From positions 512,001 through 576,000 of the forward strand of contig CAWDYW010000001.1 in the NCBI GenBank assembly GCA_963806855.1: 64,000 nt of DNA, in the 5' to 3' direction. The translations under genes were made by a program, and so were the position numbers. Numbering within the stretch: the first letter of the stretch is position 1; the number at the start of each line of letters is the position of its first letter. The notes beneath the pieces were generated by a model. The model did no database searches, was not told where the DNA came from, and was given only the letters and a program-made list of their open reading frames with translations. Below are positions 8,828 to 18,355 of this stretch, in pieces. The DNA is from an uncultured Verrucomicrobiae bacterium. GTDB taxonomy: Bacteria; Chlamydiota; Chlamydiia; Chlamydiales; Rhabdochlamydiaceae.

Positions 8828-10328
8828 GCAGTAGTGCCAAGATAAATCCAACGAGTGCGGAGGCCAGAGCGAAGGCTGTGATGGCCCAGTAGCCGCTCAG
8901 ATTGGAGCTCAAGGCGATTTGCTTGACATATTCTTGCGCTTGGGTAGGGAGTTTTTGCAATGCAGCGAGCGCCTCGGGTGTTTGCGCTAGTAGCCCTTGA
9001 AAATCCATTGAATTTGTGTTTGCGGTCGCTGTGTGCTTTTGCAGGTCTTTGGCAAATTGTCCATTTTCGATGCTCAGAAAAATCGAGCCCATGATGGCCA
9101 TGCCGAGTGTGGCGCCCAATTGGCGGAGCATGGTCGCGGTACCCGATGCCAGTCCCCGTTTTTCGGTCGCGACTTCGCCTAAGGCTGTCGTGAAGCTCGG
9201 GGTGAAGATGAAGGGCACGCCACATCCAAAGGGGACGACGGCAGACAGAATGACGCCGACATGCGGGTTGTCGAGGTTATGGAGGAACCAAAAGAGTCCG
9301 CTGATAATGAGGATAAAGCCGATGGAGATGGGGACTCGGGGGCCATGTTTGTCGAGCAGATGCCCACCGAGCGGCGCGGCAAAAATGACGGGCAAGTTGC
9401 TGATCAAGCTGATCACGCCGGCCTTTGCGGGCGAGAAGCCGAGCACGGTTTGGAAGTAGACGGCCCAGAAGACGGAGATCATGAGGTAAAACTGGGTGAT
9501 GAAGACGGTGGTGATCGCTCCAGTAAAGTTGCGCTCTTTGAAAAGGGAGAGGTCGACATAGGGATCGCGCACCTGCCGGTCGATGATGAGGAGCAGGAAG
9601 ATGAGGATGATGCCAAAGGCGATGAGGCCAAGGGTGAGAGGAGAGAGCCATCCCCACTGCTTCGCTTCCATGATGCCGATGACGATCGAGGTGATGCCGA
9701 GCGAGGAGGTGAGGAACCCTAGAAGATCGAAGGGGCAGCGGTGCCCTTCCCGTTTGGGGACGACCCATAGGGTGAGCAAAAAGCCGATGATGGCAATCGG
9801 GATGTTGATCCAAAAGACATAGCGCCAAGTCAGATACTGGGTAAAGAGGCCTCCGACGACGGGGCCCAAGGAAAGAAAAACCGATCCGATGCTGACGTAG
9901 AGGCCGAGCGCTCTGCCTCGTTGGTGCGCAGGGAAACTGGTAAATAATAGAGCCGAGGAGGTGGGGACGAGCATCGCAGCTCCGATCCCTTGAATGGTGC
10001 GGGAGGCGATAAACCACCACTCGTGATAGCTCGCTCCGCAAAGCATCGAACCGACCGAGAAGAGCAAAAGGCCCCAGCAGAAGATTCTCCGATGGCCAAA
10101 CCGGTCGCCAAAACGGCCTGCCGCCATCACAAAGACGGTCAGAGCGAGGGTGTAGGCGTTGATGATCCATTGCAATCCGATGGGAGTCATGTGGAGCGTA
10201 CGCTCTAAAGTTGGCAAGGTGACGGGCAGCACGCTAATGTCGATGAAGATCATCGAAATGCAGCTCGTCATCGCAATGAGCACCCACCATTTACGATTGT
10301 GTTCTGTAAGTTTAAACATAAGATGCAC
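8790..10328 (-). CDS. MFS drug:H+ antiporter, DHA2 (EmrB/QacA) family
   Basis: About 14 TM segments; motifs GRFGDRFGHRR, WIINAYTL and WRYVFWINIPI. Confidence 0.9.
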   Translation of the reverse strand: MHLMFKLTEHNRKWWVLIAMTSCISMIFIDISVLPVTLPTLERTLHMTPIGLQWIINAYTLALTVFVMAAGRFGDRFGHRRIFCWGLLLFSVGSMLCGASYHEWWFIASRTIQGIGAAMLVPTSSALLFTSFPAHQRGRALGLYVSIGSVFLSLGPVVGGLFTQYLTWRYVFWINIPIAIIGFLLTLWVVPKREGHRCPFDLLGFLTSSLGITSIVIGIMEAKQWGWLSPLTLGLIAFGIILIFLLLIIDRQVRDPYVDLSLFKERNFTGAITTVFITQFYLMISVFWAVYFQTVLGFSPAKAGVISLISNLPVIFAAPLGGHLLDKHGPRVPISIGFILIISGLFWFLHNLDNPHVGVILSAVVPFGCGVPFIFTPSFTTALGEVATEKRGLASGTATMLRQLGATLGMAIMGSIFLSIENGQFAKDLQKHTATANTNSMDFQGLLAQTPEALAALQKLPTQAQEYVKQIALSSNLSGYWAITAFALASALVGFILALLLIKKRTRPNIEM

Positions 10329-11367
10329 TCAATAATAGGGCCAAGGGAACTTTACAACCAAAGCTTTTTGCGATCTGGTCGAGGTCGGCATAAAGGCGGG
10401 CCACCTCTTCTCCTACGAGCGTCGACATCAATCCGGCAATGGGAAGCGGGAGAAGATCGGTTTTCCCTTGATAGGAGAGGGCCAGGCCCCCTTTATGGGC
10501 GAGGACAGCATCGATTGCATTTTGCCGGTCTTCTTCAGTAGCTCCAAATGCAACAAGGGATGAGGCGATTGCTCCTTTCTTTAATTTTATGGTATCGATC
10601 GTCCGTATCGCAGGGATTTTGTGGATCGGATGCACTTCGAAATGAGGAAAGAGGGGCCCTTTTTGAAAAACGCATTCTCCGTCGATGTAATTCTCTAGCA
10701 CTCGAAAAGAGCTCAAATCTTCAACAACGATAAAATCGGCAGGGTCGCCCACTCTCAGTTGACCGACGTCGAGGCCATAGTGCTCAATCGGATTTTTCGA
10801 GGCACAGGCTATGGCGGCGAAGACATCCATCCCTTTTTGGACAGCCCGTCTGACGAGAAGATTGATATGGCCAAGCCTCAGACCATCCGGATGGAGATGA
10901 TTGGTGCAAAACATGCATTCCTCGGGGGCCTCTTGCAGCATAGGGAAAAGAACGTTTAGATTGTTGACTCCAATTTTCTTTCCCTCCCCTTTTTTCTTGC
11001 GCGCTTCCGATAGGGTGGTCGAGGTGCAATCCATTGTGATGGGGCGATCAAAATAGAATTTCATGGGGACTTTGCTCGCATTGCGCTCCATGAATTCGAT
11101 CCCCTCCTCTCCCAATACTTTCTGGATCATTTCGGCATTCGAGACGGTGGCGACGCTTCCGTGCCGCACGGCAAGCCTTGCAAATTCACTCGGTGGGAGG
11201 AGCGAGCTTTCAATCTGGGCATGAGCATCGACAAATCCGGGGAGGATAAATCCATGCCCTCGATGGCTATTGCGCTCGATTTTTGTGATGATCCCTTTCT
11301 CGAAGGTGACCGTTGCCGGAAAAATCACCTTTTGGTGAATGTCGACTAACTTTCCGTGGATTTCCAT
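10312..11367 (-). CDS. Degenerate adenine deaminase (AdeC)-like protein
   Basis: PGFVDAHAQIESSLLPPSEFA, GDPADFIVV and LPLPIAGLMS match AdeC. Only 351 aa, and the metal-binding motifs are altered. Confidence 0.75.
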   Translation of the reverse strand: MEIHGKLVDIHQKVIFPATVTFEKGIITKIERNSHRGHGFILPGFVDAHAQIESSLLPPSEFARLAVRHGSVATVSNAEMIQKVLGEEGIEFMERNASKVPMKFYFDRPITMDCTSTTLSEARKKKGEGKKIGVNNLNVLFPMLQEAPEECMFCTNHLHPDGLRLGHINLLVRRAVQKGMDVFAAIACASKNPIEHYGLDVGQLRVGDPADFIVVEDLSSFRVLENYIDGECVFQKGPLFPHFEVHPIHKIPAIRTIDTIKLKKGAIASSLVAFGATEEDRQNAIDAVLAHKGGLALSYQGKTDLLPLPIAGLMSTLVGEEVARLYADLDQIAKSFGCKVPLALLLSASYV

Positions 11368-13409
11368 GACAATAACCTTAATCCATTAAAAACGACGAGC
11401 AGCGAAGCGCCTGTATCGGCTGCAATCGCCATCCAGAGGGTCGCAAGTTCAAAACTCGCCAGGGTGATAAAAATCACTTTGACTCCAAGTGCAAATCCGA
11501 TGTTTTGTTTGACGATCGTCAGCGCTTTTCTCGAATGACGAATCAGCCAGGGGATTTTGCCCAAGTCGTCCTTCATCAGCACGATATCGGCGGTCTCAAA
11601 AGCGGCATCGCTCCCCATTGCTCCCATCGCGATCCCGCAGGAACTGGCAGCAAGCGCTGGAGCATCGTTCACTCCATCTCCTACCATCGCGACAATTCGA
11701 TGGGATTGTTTGAGCTCTTCAATTTTCTCGACTTTGTTTTCTGGGAGAAGCTCAGCGTAATACTGATCGATCCCCACTTCCTTAGCAAGGGCCGCCGCTG
11801 TTTTTTGGTTATCGCCCGTGAGCATCACTACCGTTCCGATCCCCAGTTCCTTGATTGCCGTGATCGTTTCGGCGATGTTGGGGCGGGCCTGATCGGCAAA
11901 ACTCATCAATCCACAAATGTGGGTGAAATCTCCGATCGCCACCACCGAATGGCCTGCATCCTCGAGTTCAAGGGCCTTGGCATGGGCCTCTTCGCTCTCT
12001 AGCCGTCCCTGTTCATGCATAAAACGGTGACTGCCGATCCAGAACCGCTGCCCATTGATCGTCCCTTCGGCGCCGAGTCCTTTGAATGACCGAAAATTTT
12101 CCGCGGGCACCTTTTCACCCGCCCGCTCTAGGATTGCGCGCGCCAGCGGATGTTCACTGCCCATTTCGAGTTTCGCGGCGATCTCGAGCAGCTCTTTTTC
12201 GGTATGACTGTTGAAGGGGACGATCTGCTGCAACGTTGGTCTGCCAAGCGTCACCGTCCCGGTTTTGTCGAAGGCGATCGCCTCTAATTTGCCGATCACC
12301 TCCAAGAAGATTCCCCCTTTGATCAGCACCCCTGTGCGGGCCGCTGCCGTCAAAGCCGAGACAATGCTCACCGGAGTCGAGATCACAAGCGCGCATGGAC
12401 AGGCGATCACGAGCATCACCAACCCTTGATAGATCCACTCGAGCCAATCGCCTCCTGCAAAAAGGGGAGGGATAAGGGCAAATCCCAAGGCGAGCAACAA
12501 CATGCAAGGCGTATAGATCCGCGAAAACTGATCCACCCACTGCTCCGCCCTTGCCCTCTTGGTGCGGGCCTCTTGGACCATCTGGATGATGCGAGAGAGC
12601 GTCGTATCATTGGCCTCTCTCGTGACAAGCACTTCTAACGCCCCCTCTTCATTGATCGTCCCGGCAAACACTGGATCGCCTGGATGTTTCACTACCGGCA
12701 CTGCTTCACCCGTAATGGGGGCCTGGTTGACCGACGAACTCCCCGAAAGAATCGTCCCATCAACGGCGATTTTTTCTCCGGGCCGGACCAAGATCCGATC
12801 TCCAATTGCGACATCTTCCACCTTCTTCTCAATCACCCTGCCTGACTCCATCACTCTAGCAAGTGTGGGCGACAGATCGAGCAGCTTAACTATAGCGCGA
12901 CGGGCCCGATCGACGCTCCAACTCTCGAGCAGCAGAGCGACCGAAAAAAGAAACGTGACCGTTGCCCCTTCCGACAATTGGCCAATTGCGATCGCTCCAA
13001 CGACAGCAATCGCCATCAAAAGGTTCATATCGAAGGAAAGATGCTTTGCACTCGCCCAAGCCCTCGGTGCGACATACCATCCGCCCGCGAGGATGGCGAG
13101 CAGATAGAAAATGGGATGATGAAAAATCATCCCACAGAGCAGAAAGAAACCGCTGCAAAGACAGAGAATGAAGCGCCCCTGTTTTCGCTCCTTTTCGACG
13201 GAGAGAGTAGGGGTCATCCCGGTGGAGCGGATCATATTCAAAATTTTTTCAGAATCGGTCATGGTGGAATCATAGGTGACGATCATCTGCCGGTTGAGCA
13301 CATCGAAGTCGAGCCGTTTGATCCCAGGCTCATTGCCTAATGCCTTTTGGAGAAGGTGCGACTCTTCGGCGCAATCGAGTTCTCGTATTCGGAAAGTTTC
13401 TCTTTGCAT
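11346..13409 (-). CDS. Heavy-metal-translocating P1B-type ATPase (ZntA/CadA-like)
   Basis: Motifs CPCALVIS, DKTGT, SEHPLA and GDGVNDAP; N-terminal HMA-like domain with DCAEE. Confidence 0.92.
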   Translation of the reverse strand: MQRETFRIRELDCAEESHLLQKALGNEPGIKRLDFDVLNRQMIVTYDSTMTDSEKILNMIRSTGMTPTLSVEKERKQGRFILCLCSGFFLLCGMIFHHPIFYLLAILAGGWYVAPRAWASAKHLSFDMNLLMAIAVVGAIAIGQLSEGATVTFLFSVALLLESWSVDRARRAIVKLLDLSPTLARVMESGRVIEKKVEDVAIGDRILVRPGEKIAVDGTILSGSSSVNQAPITGEAVPVVKHPGDPVFAGTINEEGALEVLVTREANDTTLSRIIQMVQEARTKRARAEQWVDQFSRIYTPCMLLLALGFALIPPLFAGGDWLEWIYQGLVMLVIACPCALVISTPVSIVSALTAAARTGVLIKGGIFLEVIGKLEAIAFDKTGTVTLGRPTLQQIVPFNSHTEKELLEIAAKLEMGSEHPLARAILERAGEKVPAENFRSFKGLGAEGTINGQRFWIGSHRFMHEQGRLESEEAHAKALELEDAGHSVVAIGDFTHICGLMSFADQARPNIAETITAIKELGIGTVVMLTGDNQKTAAALAKEVGIDQYYAELLPENKVEKIEELKQSHRIVAMVGDGVNDAPALAASSCGIAMGAMGSDAAFETADIVLMKDDLGKIPWLIRHSRKALTIVKQNIGFALGVKVIFITLASFELATLWMAIAADTGASLLVVFNGLRLLSWKSTES

Positions 13410-13474
13410 GATTTGAGTGTAAAAAAAAATTTAGACTAGAGTCAATATCTTTAAAACTCTATCATCATACCCAA

Positions 13475-14044
13475 ATGGAAAGCCAAATTTTAAGTTCGGT
13501 TGAAGATGGAATTCGGGCAATTGAATGTCTGCGTACCCCCAGGGCATTTCGTTTATCAAAAGCGCGGCTGAGCTGATCGTCGATTGCTTTGAAAAGAACG
13601 GGAAACTCCTTATTGCTGGCAATGGGGGTAGCTTGTGCGACGCGATGCATTTTGCTGAAGAGCTGACCGGCGTGTTTCGGGAAACAAGAAAAGCACTCCC
13701 CGCGATTGCCCTCTCCTGCCCAGGCCACCTCACCTGCACTGCTAACGATCTCGGTTTCGAGGATGTCTTTGCCCGTGGCGTCGAGGCTTATGGACATCCG
13801 GGCGATATCTTCATTGCGCTGACAACGAGTGGCAATTCGCGCAACTTGATCAAAGCGGTCAAGAAGGCGCAAGAAAGAAAGCTAAAGGTGATCTCCTTCC
13901 TCGGAAAAACGGGGGCAGCTGAAAGGGATGTCCGATCTTGAGCTCTGCATCGAAGGCTTTCAATATTCGGATCGGATCCAAGAAGCCCATATGGCAGCCA
14001 TCCATATCATCATCGAAATCTTAGAGAAAAAACTGTTCTCATGA
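13475..14044 (+). pseudogene. gmhA: Sedoheptulose-7-phosphate isomerase, frameshifted twice as assembled
   Basis: Motifs AGNGGSLCDAMHFAEEL, TTSGNS and SDRIQEAH. ATG 13475 (MESQILSSVEDG) and the C-terminus ending at TGA 14044 are in other frames; shifts map to C5 (13536-13540) and G5 (13911-13915). Confidence 0.8.
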
Positions 14045-15079
14045 ACATTGAAACCCACCTCATCGACATCATCGAAGGAAGAAAAGCGGCCCCGGTGACC
14101 AAAGCACTGCTCAAGGTCATGAGCCACTGCTACAGGACTGCTGTCACTGTCCGCAATTTTGCCTATGATTGGGTGATCCCTTCCGTCCGGCTTTCAGTCC
14201 CGGTGATCAGCGTCGGCAACATTGTCGCAGGTGGAACCGGAAAAACCCCCTTCATCCACTACCTGGCCAAAGAATTGGGAGAGTCTGAGGTAGCGATTCT
14301 ATCGAGAGGTTACCGGCGTAAAGGGAATCAAACGATCGTCGTTAAAAATGGGTCCTCTCCTCAGGAGTGCGGCGACGAGCCCTTTTTGCTCTTTCGAAAA
14401 CTTCCCAAGGCCAAAGTGATCGTTGGCAAAGACCGGTGCCATCAGCGGCCGCATTGCCCAAGATTCAGGGGCAAAGTTAATCCTCCTCGATGACGGGATG
14501 CAACATCGGCAGCTCCACCGCGACATTGAAATTGGCGTGATGGATGCCCGCGATCTGTTTGGTAAGAACCATTTCCTCCCTCGAGGGCTGCTGCGCGATC
14601 ATCCAAAGCGGCTTGCAAAAGCAGATCTGATCATTTTAAAAGGGGTAAAAGATGAGCCCCACTTTGAGAGCCTAACCGCCCGGATTCGGCAGGTGAGCGA
14701 TGCCCCCATCACCGCCATGGAGCTGATCGTCGAAAATAGTATCGAGCTGGCCAGCAAAAAAGTGGGCGTTTTCTGCGCCATCGCCGCCCCAGAGCGCTTC
14801 ATGGACACCCTCAAAACCATGGGCTGCGACATCATTCTCAAAGAGAAAAAGGCCGATCATCATCCCTACACCGAAGAAGAAATTGAGCGACTGGCCATCC
14901 TCGCCCGCGATCAGGGGGCCGAATGTTTGGTCTGCACAGAAAAAGATGCAGTCAAATTGCCAGCAAATTTGAAATTAGTCACCCCTCTGGTCGTCGCTAA
15001 AATCGTTTTAAAACCGACCTTTGGCAAAGAGCATTTAGAAAATTTAATCAACGAGGTTCTCCATGAGCAGCGATTTTGA
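14041..15079 (+). pseudogene. lpxK: Tetraacyldisaccharide 4'-kinase, one frameshift as assembled
   Basis: VGNIVAGGTGKTP, SRGY and GDEP in 14041-14493; LDDGMQH, PRGLLR and TEKDAVK in the next frame; one extra base near 14434-14437. Confidence 0.85.
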
Positions 15080-16223
15080 AGTTTTGCTCCCCAAACTCGG
15101 GGAAAGCATCCTCTGCGCGACAGTCGTCAACTGGTTCAAAAAAGAGGGGGATCTGATCAAAAAGGATGAGCCCCTGCTCGAAGTGGCGACCGACAAAGTC
15201 AACAGCGAAATCCCTTCGCCCATCTCCGGCGTCCTCAAAAAAATCCACGCGAAACCCGATCAGGAACTCCAAGTCGGCGAGCTTCTGGCCACCATCGCCA
15301 AAGAGGGGACAGTGATCGCCCCCACGACCCATGCAGAAGCCCCTGTAGAAGTCGCTCAACCCACATCCGACCAAAAAGACTACTATTCCCCAGCCGTTCT
15401 GAGGCTGGCTCGGGAGAAAAACATCTCCTTTGACCAGCTGGAAAAAATCCAAGGGACCGGAGCCGGAGGACGGATCACCAAAACAGATATTGAAAATTAC
15501 AACCCCAAGCAGTGCCCCCATGCAGCTCCAGCAGAGGGAACCGAGCACATCAAGTTGAGCGGCATGCGCAAAGCGATCGCCGACAACCTTGTCCGCTCAT
15601 TTTATGCCGCTCCCCACGCTTCCCTTGTGACCGAAGTCGATATGACCGCCATCATGGGCACCATCAAACAAGAGAAAGAGAGCTTCCAGAAAAAATATGG
15701 GGCCAAACTGAGCGTCACCGCCTTCGTCACACAAGCGATTGCCAGCGCATTGCAAGAATTCCCCTGGCTCAACGCCTCACTGCGGGACGACACCATCGTC
15801 GTCAAACACTTTGTCAATATTGGAATCGCAGTCAGCGTCGATCAAGGAATCATGGTGCCTGTCATCAGAGACTGCCAGAATTTGAAGTTGCCCGAGATTG
15901 CGATTGCCATCAGCGATTTAGCTCAAAAAGCCCGCTCAGGGACCCTAAGCCCCGATGACGTCAAAGAGGGGACCATTACGCTTACCAACTTCGGCATGAC
16001 CGGCGTGCAGATCGGCATCCCCATCATCCGCTATCCAGAAGTGGCCATTGTCGGCATGGGCTCGATCGATAAAAAAGTGGCCGTCCTAGAAGATGGAGAA
16101 TTTGGAGTGCGAGACATCATGCACATTTCGCTCACCTTCGACCATCGAGTCATCGACGGCATCTATGGCTGCGGCTTCCTAAATGCCCTGAAAAAGCATT
16201 TAGAAACCGATGCCGAGACTTAA
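15063..16223 (+). CDS. Dihydrolipoamide acyltransferase (E2) of a 2-oxoacid dehydrogenase complex
   Basis: Lipoyl domain (EVATDKVNSEIPSP), E3-binding domain (GTGAGGRIT) and catalytic DHRVIDG. Confidence 0.92.
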   Translation: MSSDFEVLLPKLGESILCATVVNWFKKEGDLIKKDEPLLEVATDKVNSEIPSPISGVLKKIHAKPDQELQVGELLATIAKEGTVIAPTTHAEAPVEVAQPTSDQKDYYSPAVLRLAREKNISFDQLEKIQGTGAGGRITKTDIENYNPKQCPHAAPAEGTEHIKLSGMRKAIADNLVRSFYAAPHASLVTEVDMTAIMGTIKQEKESFQKKYGAKLSVTAFVTQAIASALQEFPWLNASLRDDTIVVKHFVNIGIAVSVDQGIMVPVIRDCQNLKLPEIAIAISDLAQKARSGTLSPDDVKEGTITLTNFGMTGVQIGIPIIRYPEVAIVGMGSIDKKVAVLEDGEFGVRDIMHISLTFDHRVIDGIYGCGFLNALKKHLETDAET

Positions 16224-17060
16224 AGCGAGTCCGTGGAGCGTTAAATCGCCTTGATTGGCGATGAATTTCCCTGGGATTTCCGTCGAAATAAAGCGGGCCA
16301 ATTGGTTTTGGCCAAAAAAGAGGAAAACTTCCCACCCGATCCGGCTATAGAAATTGCAAAAGCGGAAATCGAGCCCCAGAGCCGCTTCAAGGATAAAGCA
16401 GAGCTGATGGTATTGATCAAAGTAAACTAGATCATGGGGCTCTCCAAAGAGCCCTTCACTCTGGTGAATATAAAATTTACCATAAGGCAGGCTCCCGGCG
16501 CCCCTGGCAAATAGCCCAAACCACGAATTCCAGCGCCACAGACCCTCAAGCCCCCCGATCGGCCCTACTCCCCAAAATTTATTTTTCATATTGATGAAGT
16601 CGGTCTCGCCAGGAAATGCGCTGCCGCCAGAGTAGTAAATCCGCAGTTTATGCCGAATTTCAGCATAACGGAGGCCAAAATAGGGCCATAGCTCAAGACA
16701 TTGGCAAATGGCAAAATAACGATTAACCGCAAGATCCGCGAGCCCCAGATGGAGCCGCCACATATTGTAGACACTATCAACAAATCCTTGAGAGGCGACT
16801 GCCGGATGGGTCCACGTAGGAAAAAATTGAGCCCCCGACTTATTTTCCCGATTGCGCCCATGATAGTGGGTAAATTGGAGCAGCAGCCGCCAGCAGTCGC
16901 AGGGGAGGGCGATCCCCACGGCGGCTCTGCCCCCAAAACGGTATTTAAACTCCGGATTGAGCACATGCTCATCCTTAATTGCATAATGGACCCCATTTTC
17001 ACTGGCCTGAAAATAGAGAGCGTCGACTTGTGCGTAGTAGGGTGCAGCATCCATATTCAT
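16200..17060 (-). CDS. MOMP-like outer-membrane beta-barrel (Lpg1974/Legionella MOMP-like family)
   Basis: Alternating aromatic beta strands, motifs FWGVGPIGG and GDLTLHGLALSLGIGF, C-terminal Phe; no signal peptide evident. Confidence 0.7.
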   Translation of the reverse strand: MNMDAAPYYAQVDALYFQASENGVHYAIKDEHVLNPEFKYRFGGRAAVGIALPCDCWRLLLQFTHYHGRNRENKSGAQFFPTWTHPAVASQGFVDSVYNMWRLHLGLADLAVNRYFAICQCLELWPYFGLRYAEIRHKLRIYYSGGSAFPGETDFINMKNKFWGVGPIGGLEGLWRWNSWFGLFARGAGSLPYGKFYIHQSEGLFGEPHDLVYFDQYHQLCFILEAALGLDFRFCNFYSRIGWEVFLFFGQNQLARFISTEIPGKFIANQGDLTLHGLALSLGIGF

Positions 17061-17179
17061 AGATATGATAGAGAAAAAATTTGAGTTGTCAAGTGAATAT
17101 TTTAAAAAAAAATTTAGGGTTTATTAAATAATCGTTGCCGTGGTATTATAGTTCTAAATAAAAACCAATAGGAGGCGTT

Positions 17180-18298
17180 ATGCCAATAGACAATATTACT
17201 GCTCCAAAGTTCTTTGAACATCTTTCTGAGCAAAATTATGATATGAATTTCAGTATCAAATCAAAGAAAGTCGGCAAAGATACTGTTTATACAGTTGCTG
17301 AAGAAGCAAAACCCGGATTCATCGATCATATCGCCAAGTGGTTTGTCCCGCATAAATACCCTGAACAAAGCCCAGATGCAATTGAAGCTCAAGCTCAGAT
17401 TTTAGTCGATCTCTTTAAAAAGCATCAGAAAGATCTTGAAACGAATGCGAATTATAAACCTGCTGAGATGGCAAATAATCTGGCTCGAAAAGCGACTGAA
17501 ATCGCCGAAACAGTCGCCCCAGCTAAGGCTGAACAAATTCAGAAGAAGTTTGGCGAAGCCATCGCACTCTTGACGGATGCAAAAGATAAAGCAGCGGTGA
17601 AGTGGTATTCTGAGAACCTCGCACATAAGGATGTGCCTGCAGAGAAGGCAGCAGAACAGAAAACATTTTATAAAGAGTACAGCGAGCATGAATTCTATAA
17701 AGCCTTTGGTAGAACAGGAATGTTCAGAGGATTTAATGAGCGCATACACGTGATTAGCGAAAATGGCCAGTTTAAGTTCTATACAAGCCCACGCCTGTCA
17801 ACTGCAACTCAATGGTTCTTCGGTTCAACGGACCTCATCGAATCTCCAGCAAGAAAGCAAGCGACATTTACGAAATTAGCGGAAGCGTTAAAACTTCACC
17901 AAAACTTTATTGTCAGAGAGCAATATAACGTCGATGGGATGATTGCGAACTTGAAATCGCTCAAAGGTGGAAGAGTCACACGCAATACTAATGACGTTCA
18001 GGCCAATGCAATCACTGCTCAAATTGATAAAGCGATCCGCACACTCGTAGATGCTAGAAAAGCAATTCAGGAGAACAACGATAACACTTTTACAGCAAGA
18101 CTATGGCGTTTCGGAAAGAATTGGATAGTCCTGCCCGTTCATAACGTCACAACGAAACCTCTCTACGATTACACAATCGGGTTGGCGATTAACAAGACAT
18201 CAGAAGCTGCTTCATGGGCTTGGGGCTGGACTGGTGGTGCTGTGATCGATGCAGTCGTCGGCGTAAAAGACGGTGTCCAAAAAGTGATCAACGCCTAA
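17180..18298 (+). CDS. Hypothetical protein, possibly secreted
   Basis: 372-aa ORF with a strong AGGAGG RBS and its own terminator; no family recognised. Confidence 0.75.
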   Translation: MPIDNITAPKFFEHLSEQNYDMNFSIKSKKVGKDTVYTVAEEAKPGFIDHIAKWFVPHKYPEQSPDAIEAQAQILVDLFKKHQKDLETNANYKPAEMANNLARKATEIAETVAPAKAEQIQKKFGEAIALLTDAKDKAAVKWYSENLAHKDVPAEKAAEQKTFYKEYSEHEFYKAFGRTGMFRGFNERIHVISENGQFKFYTSPRLSTATQWFFGSTDLIESPARKQATFTKLAEALKLHQNFIVREQYNVDGMIANLKSLKGGRVTRNTNDVQANAITAQIDKAIRTLVDARKAIQENNDNTFTARLWRFGKNWIVLPVHNVTTKPLYDYTIGLAINKTSEAASWAWGWTGGAVIDAVVGVKDGVQKVINA

Positions 18299-18323
18299 TT
18301 TCTAGAGCAATCTTTAAACACAT

Positions 18324-18353
18324 AAAACCTCCAAGGTGACTTGGAGGTTTTTT
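18324..18353. terminator. Bidirectional intrinsic terminator
   Basis: AAAACCTCCAAG-GTGA-CTTGGAGGTTTTT between convergent genes. Confidence 0.8.
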
Positions 18354-18355
18354 CA

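Noticed and set aside
9277..10170. Long alternative-frame and antisense ORFs over the MFS, nhaD, htpG and phosphatase genes
   Set aside because: By-products of codon bias in well-supported genes; no recognisable motifs.
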